DNA from: an uncultured Verrucomicrobiae bacterium | GTDB lineage: Bacteria; Verrucomicrobiota; Verrucomicrobiia; Chthoniobacterales; UBA10450 | Length of the DNA stretch: 64,000 bases | Assembly: GCA_963834385.1 (NCBI GenBank) | Contig: CAWIBO010000005.1 | Span: forward strand, 748,415 to 812,414 | Reading direction: 5' to 3' | Part shown: in pieces, positions 34,917 through 44,980 of the stretch | How the letters are laid out: each line of letters begins with the position of its first letter | Numbering within the stretch: the stretch's first letter is position 1 | Made by a program: the position numbers and the translations under genes | Notes under the pieces: model-generated | What the model was told of the DNA's origin: nothing | Database searches by the model: none | Seen by the model: the letters and a program-made list of their open reading frames with translations, nothing else

Positions 34917-36038
34917 TCAAAGTGAGGAAATAAAGGCAATCGCCTTTCGCGAGGCGTCCGTCGGCGATCCTTGTAGTTGCGCTATTCTGATCATCGCGGA
35001 AACGTTATTCTCAACTCGATTTGCTTTCGCATTTTCAATAATCATATCCGCAAGCGATCTTACAGTGAGCGCCAGCGGTTGCAGGGTCTCATCCCAGACA
35101 TATCCTCTAGCGCCGTCGCACGTCGTCACAATCGGAAGGCCCCAGCCAAGAGCGGTGGCAATCTTAGTGCTACAACCCCGAGCATAGGCGAAAATCGGAT
35201 TAACAAAACAGCACCAAGTCGCCGCCTCCGCCCTCGGCCTCCATCTGACAAACCGCCAGGTATTCATAAATGGAAACGCCCAGCAGACTCACCGACCGAA
35301 GACGGTTTACCGACAATTCTAAACTGCAGATGAGAATCTACGCGAAGCCGGAGGGCTTTTAAAAGTCTCTGAGAGACCGTGAAAATTGGGGGATGGTCAA
35401 GCGTCGTGACACATCCCACCCGCCCGTCTGTTGGATTCAAACTCAACCTAGCTTCACGAATCAACTTAGGGGCAATAAAAGTGCGGCGAGACCCCAGCCA
35501 CCGCTCAACTTCGGCATCAAGAGGGCTCAGGCAAATAGATGCGTCCAAATTCCGTCGATAATCTGCTTCATATCGAATTTTAGAACCTAGTACGCGCGCA
35601 CCTTGCTCATTCATCGCTAGTTCCAGTGCCGCTCGGCGCGATTGTTGGTCGATCAGAATATCGGTGCTATCCAAACGATGTGATAGATGAATGAGCCGAC
35701 ATCTGCACCGTAAACGGCACCGAAGGTAAGCCGCCTCTCGGGGGAAGTTACCGAAATATCGAAGAAGACGATTCTCGCGTGGGTCTTTTCAATTGCTGAA
35801 ATGATTCGTTTGGACAGGTCGACTGGCGTGTGGCGCCGAAACGTATCCCCGGAACTCGGTCGATTATTCTGCGAACTTAACGGTGGTCAGATCGAAAAAG
35901 AAAGACGTGTCAATTCAAAGCGTGCCTCAAGCAATTGAATATAGCTCAGGTACAATATTGCTGCACTCCACCCCCAGAGCCTGCCAAAAAATTTCGGTCG
36001 CAACTAATATCGCTGCGTTTTCTAGTATCGTTAGCCAT
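34917..36038 (-). CDS. Probable glycosyltransferase (multiple frameshifts)
   Basis: Fragments GGVQQY, TLDHPP, NPIFAYARGCSTKIATALGWGLPIVTT. Confidence 0.55.
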
Positions 36039-37612
36039 ATTCAGCCTGCGCCAACGCGTTTCTCGACATTATAGGGGCGCAACCAGCTTCAACCAGCAGG
36101 TCCTTCCCCGGAATCGCACAACGATCTCGCGAAGCAGCGTGGGAAAAAGTAGCGATGCCACCAGAATCAGCACGCCACCGAACACCAGGCCGTCCAGGCG
36201 AGAAATTGAAAAGCGGGGTGCGCCGGGCTAACGATTCCAGAAGATGAGTGCCCCTGCTGCTAATGTCGTGGCGATGGACAGAGGGCACGATCCTGTTTCC
36301 AAACCAGTTTCGCTCCAGGAGACGCGACGAAATCCCCCCGCGATACAAACAGCCACAAATTGCCCGGCCGCCAGGGCCCAGGCGTAGGAGAGCGAATTAC
36401 CACCTCCGAGCGCAACCAATATGGCGGGTAAACCGCTGTAAACCGGCGCGGCGACGCTAACACCTGGAAAGGAAAGCCAGCCGTAATTGGTTCTTAGCCT
36501 GGAAAATTGCGGTAAAAAGCAACGCGGTTCAGACAGCCCAGCGAAGATGGTGCTGGGGGCAATCAAGGATTCGGCCTCGTTTGATTTCTCCCCATAAAGC
36601 AAACGTAAAAGTTGAAATCCGTCCGAAATTATGAACACCGCACTTGGAATGGAAATAAATAGCATCGTCTTGACGAATAACGTGGCGTGACGCGTAAATG
36701 CTCTGGGTCACCGGCGCTTCGCGGCAAGAGAGGATAAACTGTATCCACCACTAACGCCGCGACCCGGCCCCCCGTGGTTGAATACAAAACCTGGGCTCTG
36801 TTCAGAAGACCGACCGGGGCGTATCCGAGTGTAACAGGCAAGACGGCAGCTTCCAGTATTCCTCGCGCTGCCGTAAAAAGCGCCGAACCCGAAAGCTGCG
36901 CGCCAAACTTCAAGGGCGCGCGATAGCTTTTCCACTGGGGCCATTTCCACCAGGCGGCCGGCGGCTTCCATTTTTCAATCAGCAACAAATAGAGCCCCTG
37001 AGGAAGTCCATGAAGAAGGTTGTATCCAATAATCACCGCGAACGCGCCAGCGCCCGATAACGCGAGAGCAACGCTACTGATCACTGTAACGATGGTGGAC
37101 GCACCCTGCACGAGGCGCAGGGTTCGATAGTTCAGATCGCGCCGCAGACGCGTCAACGCAATCTGATTGGCGAAATCGAAGATGAAACCGAAGGAGGCCA
37201 CGAAAAGAAGGGCGGCCATCGGCCGATAGGGCGACAACGACCAGCAGATTAGCGCGATCGCATTGCACGCAATAAATAAAGCAAGCTGAATGTAAAATCC
37301 GGCACTCCAATGCGCTCCCCAGTCGGGTTCTTCTCCTTCGTGGAGTTGTATCGCCTGCGCTATGAAGTAGCTGGAGCTGAAACAATTAATAAGCGCCGTC
37401 ACGCCGTTCACGGCCGCGACAAGGCCGTACTCCATCGGCGAGAGGAGCCTAACGAGCACGATCATTGTCACGAAGTTCGCAGCCACGAGAAACACCTGGA
37501 AAAAGCCGCTCCAAGCAAGGCCGTGAAGGATTACTTTTCGTCGATCGACCACGGGCGGTTCGGGTGGCAGCGATGACCCGCCCGGGGACAGGAACGCCTC
37601 ATTAGGATCCAT
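36031..37612 (-). CDS. wzx: Oligosaccharide flippase (Wzx family), frameshifted
   Basis: GLAWS...IVLVRLLSPMEYG, multiple TM segments, VYPLL. Confidence 0.82.
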
Positions 37613-37946
37613 AGTAGTGCTGAGGAAGCAGAGGGGACGTCGATCGATGGTCGCGACCGGAATAACACGCATGAGACGTTGCTTCACAATAACAATCCTC
37701 CTCAACGAATTCTTCCTCCTGCTTTCTAGGTCCTCCTTCTATTTCTCCGTCTAAGCTCTGCTCTCGTGTCCCGGATCCCCCTTGTGGCGGCCCAACTGCC
37801 CGATTTCTCGGTGTTCCGGGTCTTCAACGTCGCCGGAGTCGCCAGTTGCGCGGCCTTCCAACCCGCGGAGATTCCCAATCAATAGTTGACGGTGCTGGCG
37901 CTGCGACTGGCAGACCGTCAAGACAGATGGACGGATATTTTCAAAA

Positions 37947-38813
37947 GTGAAAGCGCTCAAACATGGCGTGAAGCACGTTTTATGGCGAGGGCTGCAACTG
38001 ATGAGTCTCGGCCGTGAGGTAGCCGAATTGAGAGTATTGCGTGGCCCCGCGAAAGGTGTTTGGATGGAAATTGATCTTCGCAAAGAAGGCTCCTATTGGC
38101 TCGGAACTTATGACCAGTGGCTATTGAGCCGGATTCATTTGGAACGACTGGTTAAACCGGGCCACGTCGTTTGGGATTGTGGCGCGTACATTGGATATTA
38201 CACGGCTATTCTTCGCCGGTTGGTCGGCGATAACGGCCAGGTGATTACGTTTGAAGCGTCCTCAAAGAACTATCAACGGGTAGCACGACTGCCCGAACTC
38301 AACGGCTGGAAAAATGTGATCGTGCTTCAAAGGGCCATTGGCCCAGATCATTCAGTCATTGAATTTGTGTCCAACCTCGCCGGAGGCAGCGGACCATACG
38401 GGCTGACTAAGACATATTCAGATAAAGACGTGCTCGAAGTCGAAAAAGTGCGGTGCGTGGGATTGGATGAATTGGTTTACGAGCAGCAATGCCCGATTCC
38501 GGACTTTATGAAATTCGATCTCGAGACTGCGGAAGAGTTCGCATTGCATAACGGACCGAGGCTTTTTTCGGAGAAGCGCCCCCTGCTGCAACTCGAATTG
38601 CACGGTGAAAAGGCCCCTGCCGCGACGGGACAATTTCTTGAGAGGTATGACTATGCCGCGTGGGACGTACTCCAGTTGCCGCTTGGCACACCGCCTTTCT
38701 CCCTTTCAGCGTGTCAGTTTTTCAGTTTTTCAGTTGGATCGTTCGACCATGAACGAGCCGAGCACCAGCACGTCCATCAGTTGGAAAAGGAGAAAGTAGA
38801 AAGTCCAAAGTAG
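37947..38813 (+). CDS. FkbM-family methyltransferase, opposite strand to the operon; C-terminus runs into repeats
   Basis: YWLGTYD, WDCGAYIGYY, FEAS, MKFDLETAE, LELHG. Confidence 0.85.
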   Translation: MKALKHGVKHVLWRGLQLMSLGREVAELRVLRGPAKGVWMEIDLRKEGSYWLGTYDQWLLSRIHLERLVKPGHVVWDCGAYIGYYTAILRRLVGDNGQVITFEASSKNYQRVARLPELNGWKNVIVLQRAIGPDHSVIEFVSNLAGGSGPYGLTKTYSDKDVLEVEKVRCVGLDELVYEQQCPIPDFMKFDLETAEEFALHNGPRLFSEKRPLLQLELHGEKAPAATGQFLERYDYAAWDVLQLPLGTPPFSLSACQFFSFSVGSFDHERAEHQHVHQLEKEKVESPK

Positions 38814-39078
38814 AAGACTGAGACAAGGCGGCTTTTCACCCTTTTCGCTCTCCCGACCCTTTCTACCTTCCACCTTCAACTTTCTCCCTTTCGCTCGAGC
38901 AAGAAATTACCGAGAGCGAGGACGTCCATCGGTTGGAGAAGTAAAAGGTGCAAAGTCCAAAGTAGAAAACTGAGCAAGCGGCTTTCAGCCTTTTTGCTCT
39001 CCAGATCCTTTTTACTTTCCACCTTCAACTTTCTCCTTTTCGCTCGAGCAAAAAACTACCGAGAGCGAGCACGTCCAT
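38730..39078 (-). repeat. Tandem array of three spare 3' ends of the carbamoyltransferase gene, about 150-bp period
   Basis: 39078-39025 MDVLALGSFLLERKGES*, 38929-38876 MDVLALGNFLLERKGES*, 38777-38730 MDVLVLGSFMVERSN*; the gene itself ends MDVLVLGSFHIERAPSV*. Confidence 0.9.
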
Positions 39079-39139
39079 CTGGAAGAAGAAGTAGAAAGTG
39101 AAAAGTCCAAATTAGAAGCTGAGCAGGGAGCCGATCGCC

Positions 39140-40973
39140 CTAAACGCTTGGCGCCCTTTCAATATGGAAACTGCCTAACACTAAGACATCCATTTTGGTG
39201 CGGAGAAAGCAGTCGAGGGCTTCTTCCGGGCGGCAGACGACCGGTTCGTTCTCGTTGAAGCTGGTGTTGAGAACCAAAGGCACGCGAGGTCAGGGATCGG
39301 AAGTCGGAGATCAGCTGGTGATAAAGGGGGTTTGTCTCCTGGTGCACGGTCTGGAGCCGCCCCGAACCGTCGGCGTGGCAGACCGCCGGGATCTGGCTGC
39401 GCTTCTCTTCCCGGATCTGGAACACTTGCATCATGAACGGGACGTCGTCCTCCTGCTCAAACCATTCCCCCACGGCTTCCCGCAGGATGGAGGGCGCAAA
39501 CGGCCGGAATGATTCGCGCCGCTTGATCTTGGCATTCAGGATATCTTTCATGTCGGCCCGGCGCGGGTCGCCCAGGATCGACCGGTTTCCCAAGGCGCGC
39601 GGACCCCACTCGAGGCGGCCCTGAAACCAGCCGACGACGCGCCCCTCGGCGATGGCCGCCGCTGTCCGCGTCGTCAGCTCGGTCGAAACGCTGAAAACTG
39701 AAACGCTGAGATGCTGAAACTCCGGATTCCGGCCCTCTCGCAACCCTCGCTCGCGCAACAGCTGCTCGATCTCAGCGTCCGAAAACTCAGGGCCGAGGAA
39801 AGCGCTATCGAGACCTCGTCTCGATAGAAGCTGGTAGTTGGAAGTCGGAAGATTGGCCGATTCTTTCAGCTTTTCAGTTGTCAGCTTTTCAGCTTTTCCG
39901 TCGGCGAGCTTCGCCGCGACGACCGCCGCCGCACCGATCGCGCCGCCGGCGTCGCCGGCCGCGGCCGGCAGATACATCCGCCGAAACGGCGTGTGCAGAT
40001 ACACTTTGCCGTTGGCCACGGAGTTCATGGCGCACCCGCCGGAGAGGGCCAGATTCTCCGACGGTCGTGCCCGATGAGTTGCGTTCAGCAAGGCAAAGAA
40101 CGCTTCCTCGTACATGGCCTGGACCGAGCGCGCGATGTCCTTGTGCTTTTGCTCGAGCGGTTCCTCCTTCGCCCGCGGCGGCCCCAAAAGCTCGGCCAGT
40201 TTGTCGGTGTACAGGATCCCACCTCAGGGGCGCAATCTTTCCAGCTGTAAGAGACGTTGTCGGTGTGATGCCGGAAATAACGCAGGTTAAGCCGGAACGT
40301 GCCGTCGGACTGCACCCGGACAATCTGGCGCATCTGCGGCAGGAACCGCGGCTCGCCGTAGGGCGCCAGGCCCATCACCTTGTATTCGTCTCCATAATGC
40401 GGAAAGCCGATGAACTGGGTGAGCGCCGAATAAAAGATGCCAAGCGAATGCGGAAAATAGACGCGCTGATCAATCGTGATCTCGGGCCCGCTACCCCACC
40501 CGATCGCGGTGCTGGCGAAATCGCCGAATCCATCGATGGAAACGCAGGCCGCCTCCGTGAACCCCGACACCAGGAAAGCCGAGGCCAGATGGGCATGATG
40601 ATGCTCCACGTGATGCAGCTCGGCTGACAACGACATCCCATAGGCCTCTTCCAAGGCTTCCTTGGCGCCGCCGGCGCTCCGGATATTGCGAATCTTCTCC
40701 AGCATCAGCCGCGGATCAGGCCGATGCCGCAGGACAAAGGCCAGCCGACGCCAGTTGTTCACCCCGGGCTTCCGATTGACCGCGATATGGTCAACGTCGC
40801 GCAGGGTGGCTCCCGCCTCCGCGCAGACAGTAATCAATCGCTTGCGTGGGAAGCCCGGCCCAATGTTTGATTCGCCGAAAGCGTTCCTCCTCCACCGCCG
40901 CGACCAGCTCGCCATCCTTGAAGAGGCAGGCAGCGGAATCGCCGTGATAAGCGTTTAGCCCTAAAATGAGCAT
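39140..40973 (-). CDS. O-carbamoyltransferase (NodU/CmcH/TobZ family), frameshifted, with two repeat insertions
   Basis: ILGLNAYHGDSAA, EEERF.R.KH, HHHAH, DGFGD, EYKVMGLAPYG, GDAGGAIGA, EWGPRALGNRS, KRRESFRPFAP, NTSFNENEP. Confidence 0.92.
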
Positions 40974-41021
40974 TTTAGGGCGAAAAGCTGAAATGCTGAC
41001 ACGCTGAAAAGCTGAAATTAC

Positions 41022-41390
41022 TCATGTCGCCCGTTCACTCCGTCGCAACTTGCTGATCATCGTTGTAAAGACTGCCAATAGTTCGTGTGATTCTGTTTTC
41101 AGATGGATAAGCTTTTCGTCCTTAATGTCACACTCCTCGTGGAGTAATTCGAGCCAGAGCTGGGATTCATCGGCTTCTTGAAGCAATCCATCAAGCTTGG
41201 AGCAAAACTCCGCCTCGGAGCGCGCTCGAGAAGCTTCACGGGCGTGCGCGGCCACCGATGTCCCCGCCCGCAAAAGTTGGCGCCCAAGTATTTGTACTTC
41301 TCCGCGCTGCGTTGGGAGCCTGACATACAGTCGAATAATCTCGGAGGCATATCGTTTCGTACGGTCACGCAGTTCTTCAGAAAGTCGCAT
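41022..41390 (-). CDS. Four-helix-bundle protein (TIGR02436-like), bracketed by 37-bp inverted repeats
   Basis: LRDRTKRYA, LGRQLLRAGTSVAAHAREASRARS.AEF.SKL...QEADESQLWLELL. Confidence 0.92.
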   Translation of the reverse strand: MRLSEELRDRTKRYASEIIRLYVRLPTQRGEVQILGRQLLRAGTSVAAHAREASRARSEAEFCSKLDGLLQEADESQLWLELLHEECDIKDEKLIHLKTESHELLAVFTTMISKLRRSERAT

Positions 41391-41439
41391 CGCCAAATTT
41401 CAGCTTTTCAGCGTTTCAGTCTTTCAGCTTTTGCTTTTT

Positions 41440-42237
41440 TCATACGTCTGCCCATCGCGTTTGCAGGGGCGGCAGTTCGGAGCGGTGGCGATAGAGCATG
41501 CGGGCAAGGCTGCCGGCAATGATCAGACGCGGCACAATCATGTGCGGTTGGGTGAATAGCCGCGGCAGCCAACCGACCGCGCGCCGTTCCGCCCACCCTG
41601 GGATCGCTTTTTCAATTCCGGCCAGGAGGGAGACCGCAGCGCCCACACAATGGATCTTCGGTCGGTAAAGCAGGTATTCGCTTAGGTAACGCCCAAGCTT
41701 CTCCTGGACGCCGCCGGTGGTGGCGATGACGATCTGGCTGGGCCGGATCGATTCGATCTCGAGCAATAGTTTGTGGTCTTCCCCGCTGCCGGGGATTTGT
41801 TCCAGCACCCGGAAACTCGACTTGGGCGCGGTGATGCCGCGGGCTTGAAGCCAGGCAGCGATCTTCTCCTGCGCTTCGGTGGAGCCGACCAGCCATAGCC
41901 AGTTCCCCTGCTCGCGCGCCGCTGGATTTGTCAGCAAAGCCTCCATGTACTGAATCCCGGAAACCCGGTGCAGAGCCCGACCGCTGATCCGTTTCCAGAG
42001 CGTTGTAAGAAGACCGCTGTCGGCCAGGATGATGTCTGCCTCCTGCAACGCCCGCCGGTAACCTTCGTCATCGCGGAGCTTGAGCAAAGCCGGTGACGCC
42101 GGAATGACGAGATAGCCGCCAACCTCCTGGAAACGCGTCACGGCTTCGGGCGCCGAAGCCGTTAAAGAAGGAGACGCCGAGGATGGTCTCGTCGGGAACG
42201 ACGCCGGGGCGGTGGGTGGCGGGGAAGCGTCGTTCAT
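41440..42237 (-). CDS. WecB/TagA/CpsF-family glycosyltransferase
   Basis: ADIILADSG, RVSG, GGVQEKLG, CVGAA, GWLPRL..QP. Confidence 0.85.
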   Translation of the reverse strand: MNDASPPPTAPASFPTRPSSASPSLTASAPEAVTRFQEVGGYLVIPASPALLKLRDDEGYRRALQEADIILADSGLLTTLWKRISGRALHRVSGIQYMEALLTNPAAREQGNWLWLVGSTEAQEKIAAWLQARGITAPKSSFRVLEQIPGSGEDHKLLLEIESIRPSQIVIATTGGVQEKLGRYLSEYLLYRPKIHCVGAAVSLLAGIEKAIPGWAERRAVGWLPRLFTQPHMIVPRLIIAGSLARMLYRHRSELPPLQTRWADV

Positions 42238-42525
42238 CCGGGTTCAGCAGGAACCCGTGATCCTAGAACAAACGCCGGGAACTGGGAAGGGATATGGAAG
42301 CTGAGGAAGCTTGGAGCATTCGGGCCTGGCAGGGCCAAACTGCTGAAAACTAGAAGCTGGAAAACTGACATGCGCGGAGGAGCAGCAGAATGAAGGATAG
42401 CTTGGAGCTCGGCTGCTTGGCAGCTAGGAAGCTTGGAAGCTTGGAGCTGCGGGCCTGAAGCGAAATGCTGAAAACTGACAAGCTGAAATGCTGACATGGG
42501 CTGCGGAGCAGCCGGACTCTGTCGC

Positions 42526-43089
42526 TCAACCTTTTGCTGCCTTCTCTGCGGCGGACCATTGTTCTTCCAACCCCAACTCAGCCGCAGCTTGACCCGTCAA
42601 AGCGCGATCAGGGTTGGACAGACGCAGCATCGCGGCAATATCCCGAAGATGCTTTGGGTCGGCGCTTTCACGGTAGAATTCCAGCTTCCAAAGGATCACA
42701 TACTCGGGCGGCGCCAGCATCACCTTCTCATCGCGCAATGAAACTGGCCGGCGGTGTTCCATCGCCCATGAAAAATAGGGATGACCCGTCGACGGATAGA
42801 AATCCGCCTTTAAACCGGAACCGCTGTGAATGATGTTGAAATGGCCTCTGCTCTCCCGCCCAATCTCCACCGCGAGCACGTCGGCCGAGGGCAGATAATA
42901 CTCTTCCTCGGAGTAGGCGGAGCGGAGCTGTGCAAGATCGTTTTGGCGGAGCGACACCGCGATATCGATATCCAGGGTCGCACGTGGCTCCCCATAGACC
43001 ACCGCGGCCACCGCACCGGAGACCATGTATGGAACCGCGGTGCGATTGAGCGGCCGGATGAAAAGCTCGATCAGGTCGGGTTCGCGCAT
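42526..43089 (-). CDS. Nucleotidyltransferase-like protein (possible TA toxin)
   Basis: YMVSGAVAAVVYGEPRATLDIDI Pol-beta-like motif, PEYVILWKL, KHLRDI. Confidence 0.75.
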   Translation of the reverse strand: MREPDLIELFIRPLNRTAVPYMVSGAVAAVVYGEPRATLDIDIAVSLRQNDLAQLRSAYSEEEYYLPSADVLAVEIGRESRGHFNIIHSGSGLKADFYPSTGHPYFSWAMEHRRPVSLRDEKVMLAPPEYVILWKLEFYRESADPKHLRDIAAMLRLSNPDRALTGQAAAELGLEEQWSAAEKAAKG

Positions 43090-43262
43090 GAAGCGAAAAT
43101 GCGGGAAACCTCCTGAGAAACCTGGTCCCCGGTCCAATCCGGGTGCCTCTGGCGAACACCCGCGGTTTTCAACTCGCGCAGCATCCGCATTAACTGACTG
43201 AAAAGGGCGTACTTCTCCTGCGCGGACAAGGAACGCCATATCTCCTCCTGCTGGGCAGTCAC
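43071..43262 (-). CDS. Small helical partner protein overlapping the nucleotidyltransferase start (possible antitoxin)
   Basis: EIWRSLSAQEK...AGVRQRHPDWT..QV..EV; overlapping two-gene layout. Confidence 0.6.
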   Translation of the reverse strand: MTAQQEEIWRSLSAQEKYALFSQLMRMLRELKTAGVRQRHPDWTGDQVSQEVSRIFASCANPT

Positions 43263-43608
43263 AGGGAACGGTCGTCTACCGACCCGGGATGGCAAGGCTG
43301 CGAAGCAGCCGAAGCTTGGAAGATGGCCGCGGAGCGGCCGGTTATCGGTGATGGGTTGTTGGTTATCGGGAAGCAGGAAGAGGGGGGAATGAGGGTGGAG
43401 GATTGAAGATAGCTGGGAGCTAGGGCCTGAAGGGCCAAATGCTGAAACACTGACACGCTGAAAAGCTGACATTGGCTGCGAAGCAGCCGGAAGCTGGAAG
43501 CTGGAAGATGGAAGTTGGAAGCTGGAAGCTGGGAGCTGGAATGCTGACAGCTGCGGAGCAGGGACGCTGGGAGCTGGGAGCTGGGAGCTGGGAGCTAGGG
43601 AAGAAAAG

Positions 43609-43851
43609 CTACTTGTCGAGATCGAGTCGCTCGGCGACCCGCAATGCTCCATCGAGAACCTTACCTGTGGGAAGATTGTCTTCCGTCGGGGGACTGGGAA
43701 CCCATTCGCCACGCTCAACGAGGGCGGCCGCATGGGCCATCAACTGTTCGATACTCAAAAGCGGATAATGTCTCACCATCCAGGCGGTGAGGCGGAGACG
43801 CTCATCTGCTGGAAGCGTATCTACCGCCCGCTGTATCTCGCTCAAGCTCAT
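43609..43851 (-). CDS. Small antitoxin-like hypothetical protein (80 aa)
   Basis: MSLSEIQRAVDTLPADERLRL resembles addiction-module components; has its own promoter motif. Confidence 0.6.
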   Translation of the reverse strand: MSLSEIQRAVDTLPADERLRLTAWMVRHYPLLSIEQLMAHAAALVERGEWVPSPPTEDNLPTGKVLDGALRVAERLDLDK

Positions 43852-43858
43852 TAGCTCA

Positions 43859-43887
43859 AGCTTACTGCGCGAAAACTCCAACGGCAA
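43859..43887 (-). promoter_or_regulatory. Sigma70-like promoter, probably leaderless
   Basis: TTGCCG-N17-TAAGCT, then 7 nt, then ATG at 43851. Confidence 0.55.
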
Positions 43888-44071
43888 GACGGCGGAGGCT
43901 GGAGGCCGCTCGGAGCTAGGGGAAAAAAATAAGAATCAGGAAAGCAGGAACACAGGAAGAGATAGAGGATGGAGAGGAGAGGATAGAGAATTGCGGTTCC
44001 CGATAACCAATAACCAATAACCAATAACCGCGCCGTCCCGGCGCTCCCCTTCTTAATTCTTAATTCTTCCT

Positions 44072-44980
44072 TTAATCCACCGGCGCTTCCCGCCCGTAGC
44101 GCAGGATCAGCCAGGGGAGGATGCGCGCGCTCCAGAAGCGGGGAACGAAAGTGCGCGGCTGCGCGAAGTATTCGGAAAAGCCAGCCGAGATACAAACGGT
44201 CAGCCCACATGGGGATCGCCACCTGGTCGCCCGTGACAAAACCCGGGGCCGCCCCGATGCAATGAATGGCGGGGCGATAGTCGAGCGCCTCCTTGAGATA
44301 AAGCCCCAGCTTGTCCTGCATGCCGCCGCCGATCGCCACGATGATGTGTTGCGGCTTGCGCTGCTGAACCATTCTGAGCAGCGCTAAGTCCGGCAAGCGT
44401 GGGGCCTGGAGCATGGGGTTCGGAGTTGGGACCAGAAGCTCAGAACGCTGGGGGCTTGTGACCTTCGTGTCCAGCTCCATGTTCGCTGCCCTGCGCCCCT
44501 TGCCCTCAGAATCTCGCGATCTCCGTGCTTCACTACCGCCTGCTCCGGCGGTAGATTCGCGGCGCCACGTAGCAATCGTCTCCGGCGCGAGCGGATAACC
44601 GTTCTCTTCGGCCCAGCGCAACGTCGTCTTTTGCGCCTGCTCACCCGGCAGGATCCAGAAGAAGGCCGCGGGCTCTTTTGCTTCCGGCAATTCGAGCAAC
44701 GCTTTGAACAGGCGCAGACCGGAAATGCGGGTGAGTTGTTCGCCTTTCAAGAGGCGCCAGAAAACGACCAGCCAGCCGGAATCGGCAATGGCGAGATCAG
44801 CGTGCGCAATGGCGTGGCGATAGTCAGGGTCGCGCCGGAGCGCGATCATGGACGGCCCGGCCGGCGCCACGATGAGTCCGCCGTGCGCCGAAGCCCACCG
44901 CGCCGCTTCCTCCGCCGTCCCCTGGAAGAAATCGACGCCGAGGACGCGAGTCGTCGGGAAAATGCTGAAAAGCTGGACAT
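44072..44980 (-). CDS. Second WecB/TagA/CpsF-family glycosyltransferase (frameshifted, internal insertion)
   Basis: RVLGVDFF, ADLAIADSG, RISG, CYVAP, IGGGMQDKLG, CIGAA, LGWLFR. Confidence 0.82.

Noticed and set aside
38661..38672. TGGGACGTACTC in the inverted FkbM gene resembling the ATGGACGTGCTC cassette start (possible inversion site)
   Set aside because: The match is short and imperfect; likely chance.
38730..39125. CRISPR array
   Set aside because: The period is about 150 bp, the repeated part is protein-coding and diverged, the intervening parts resemble each other, and there are no cas genes.
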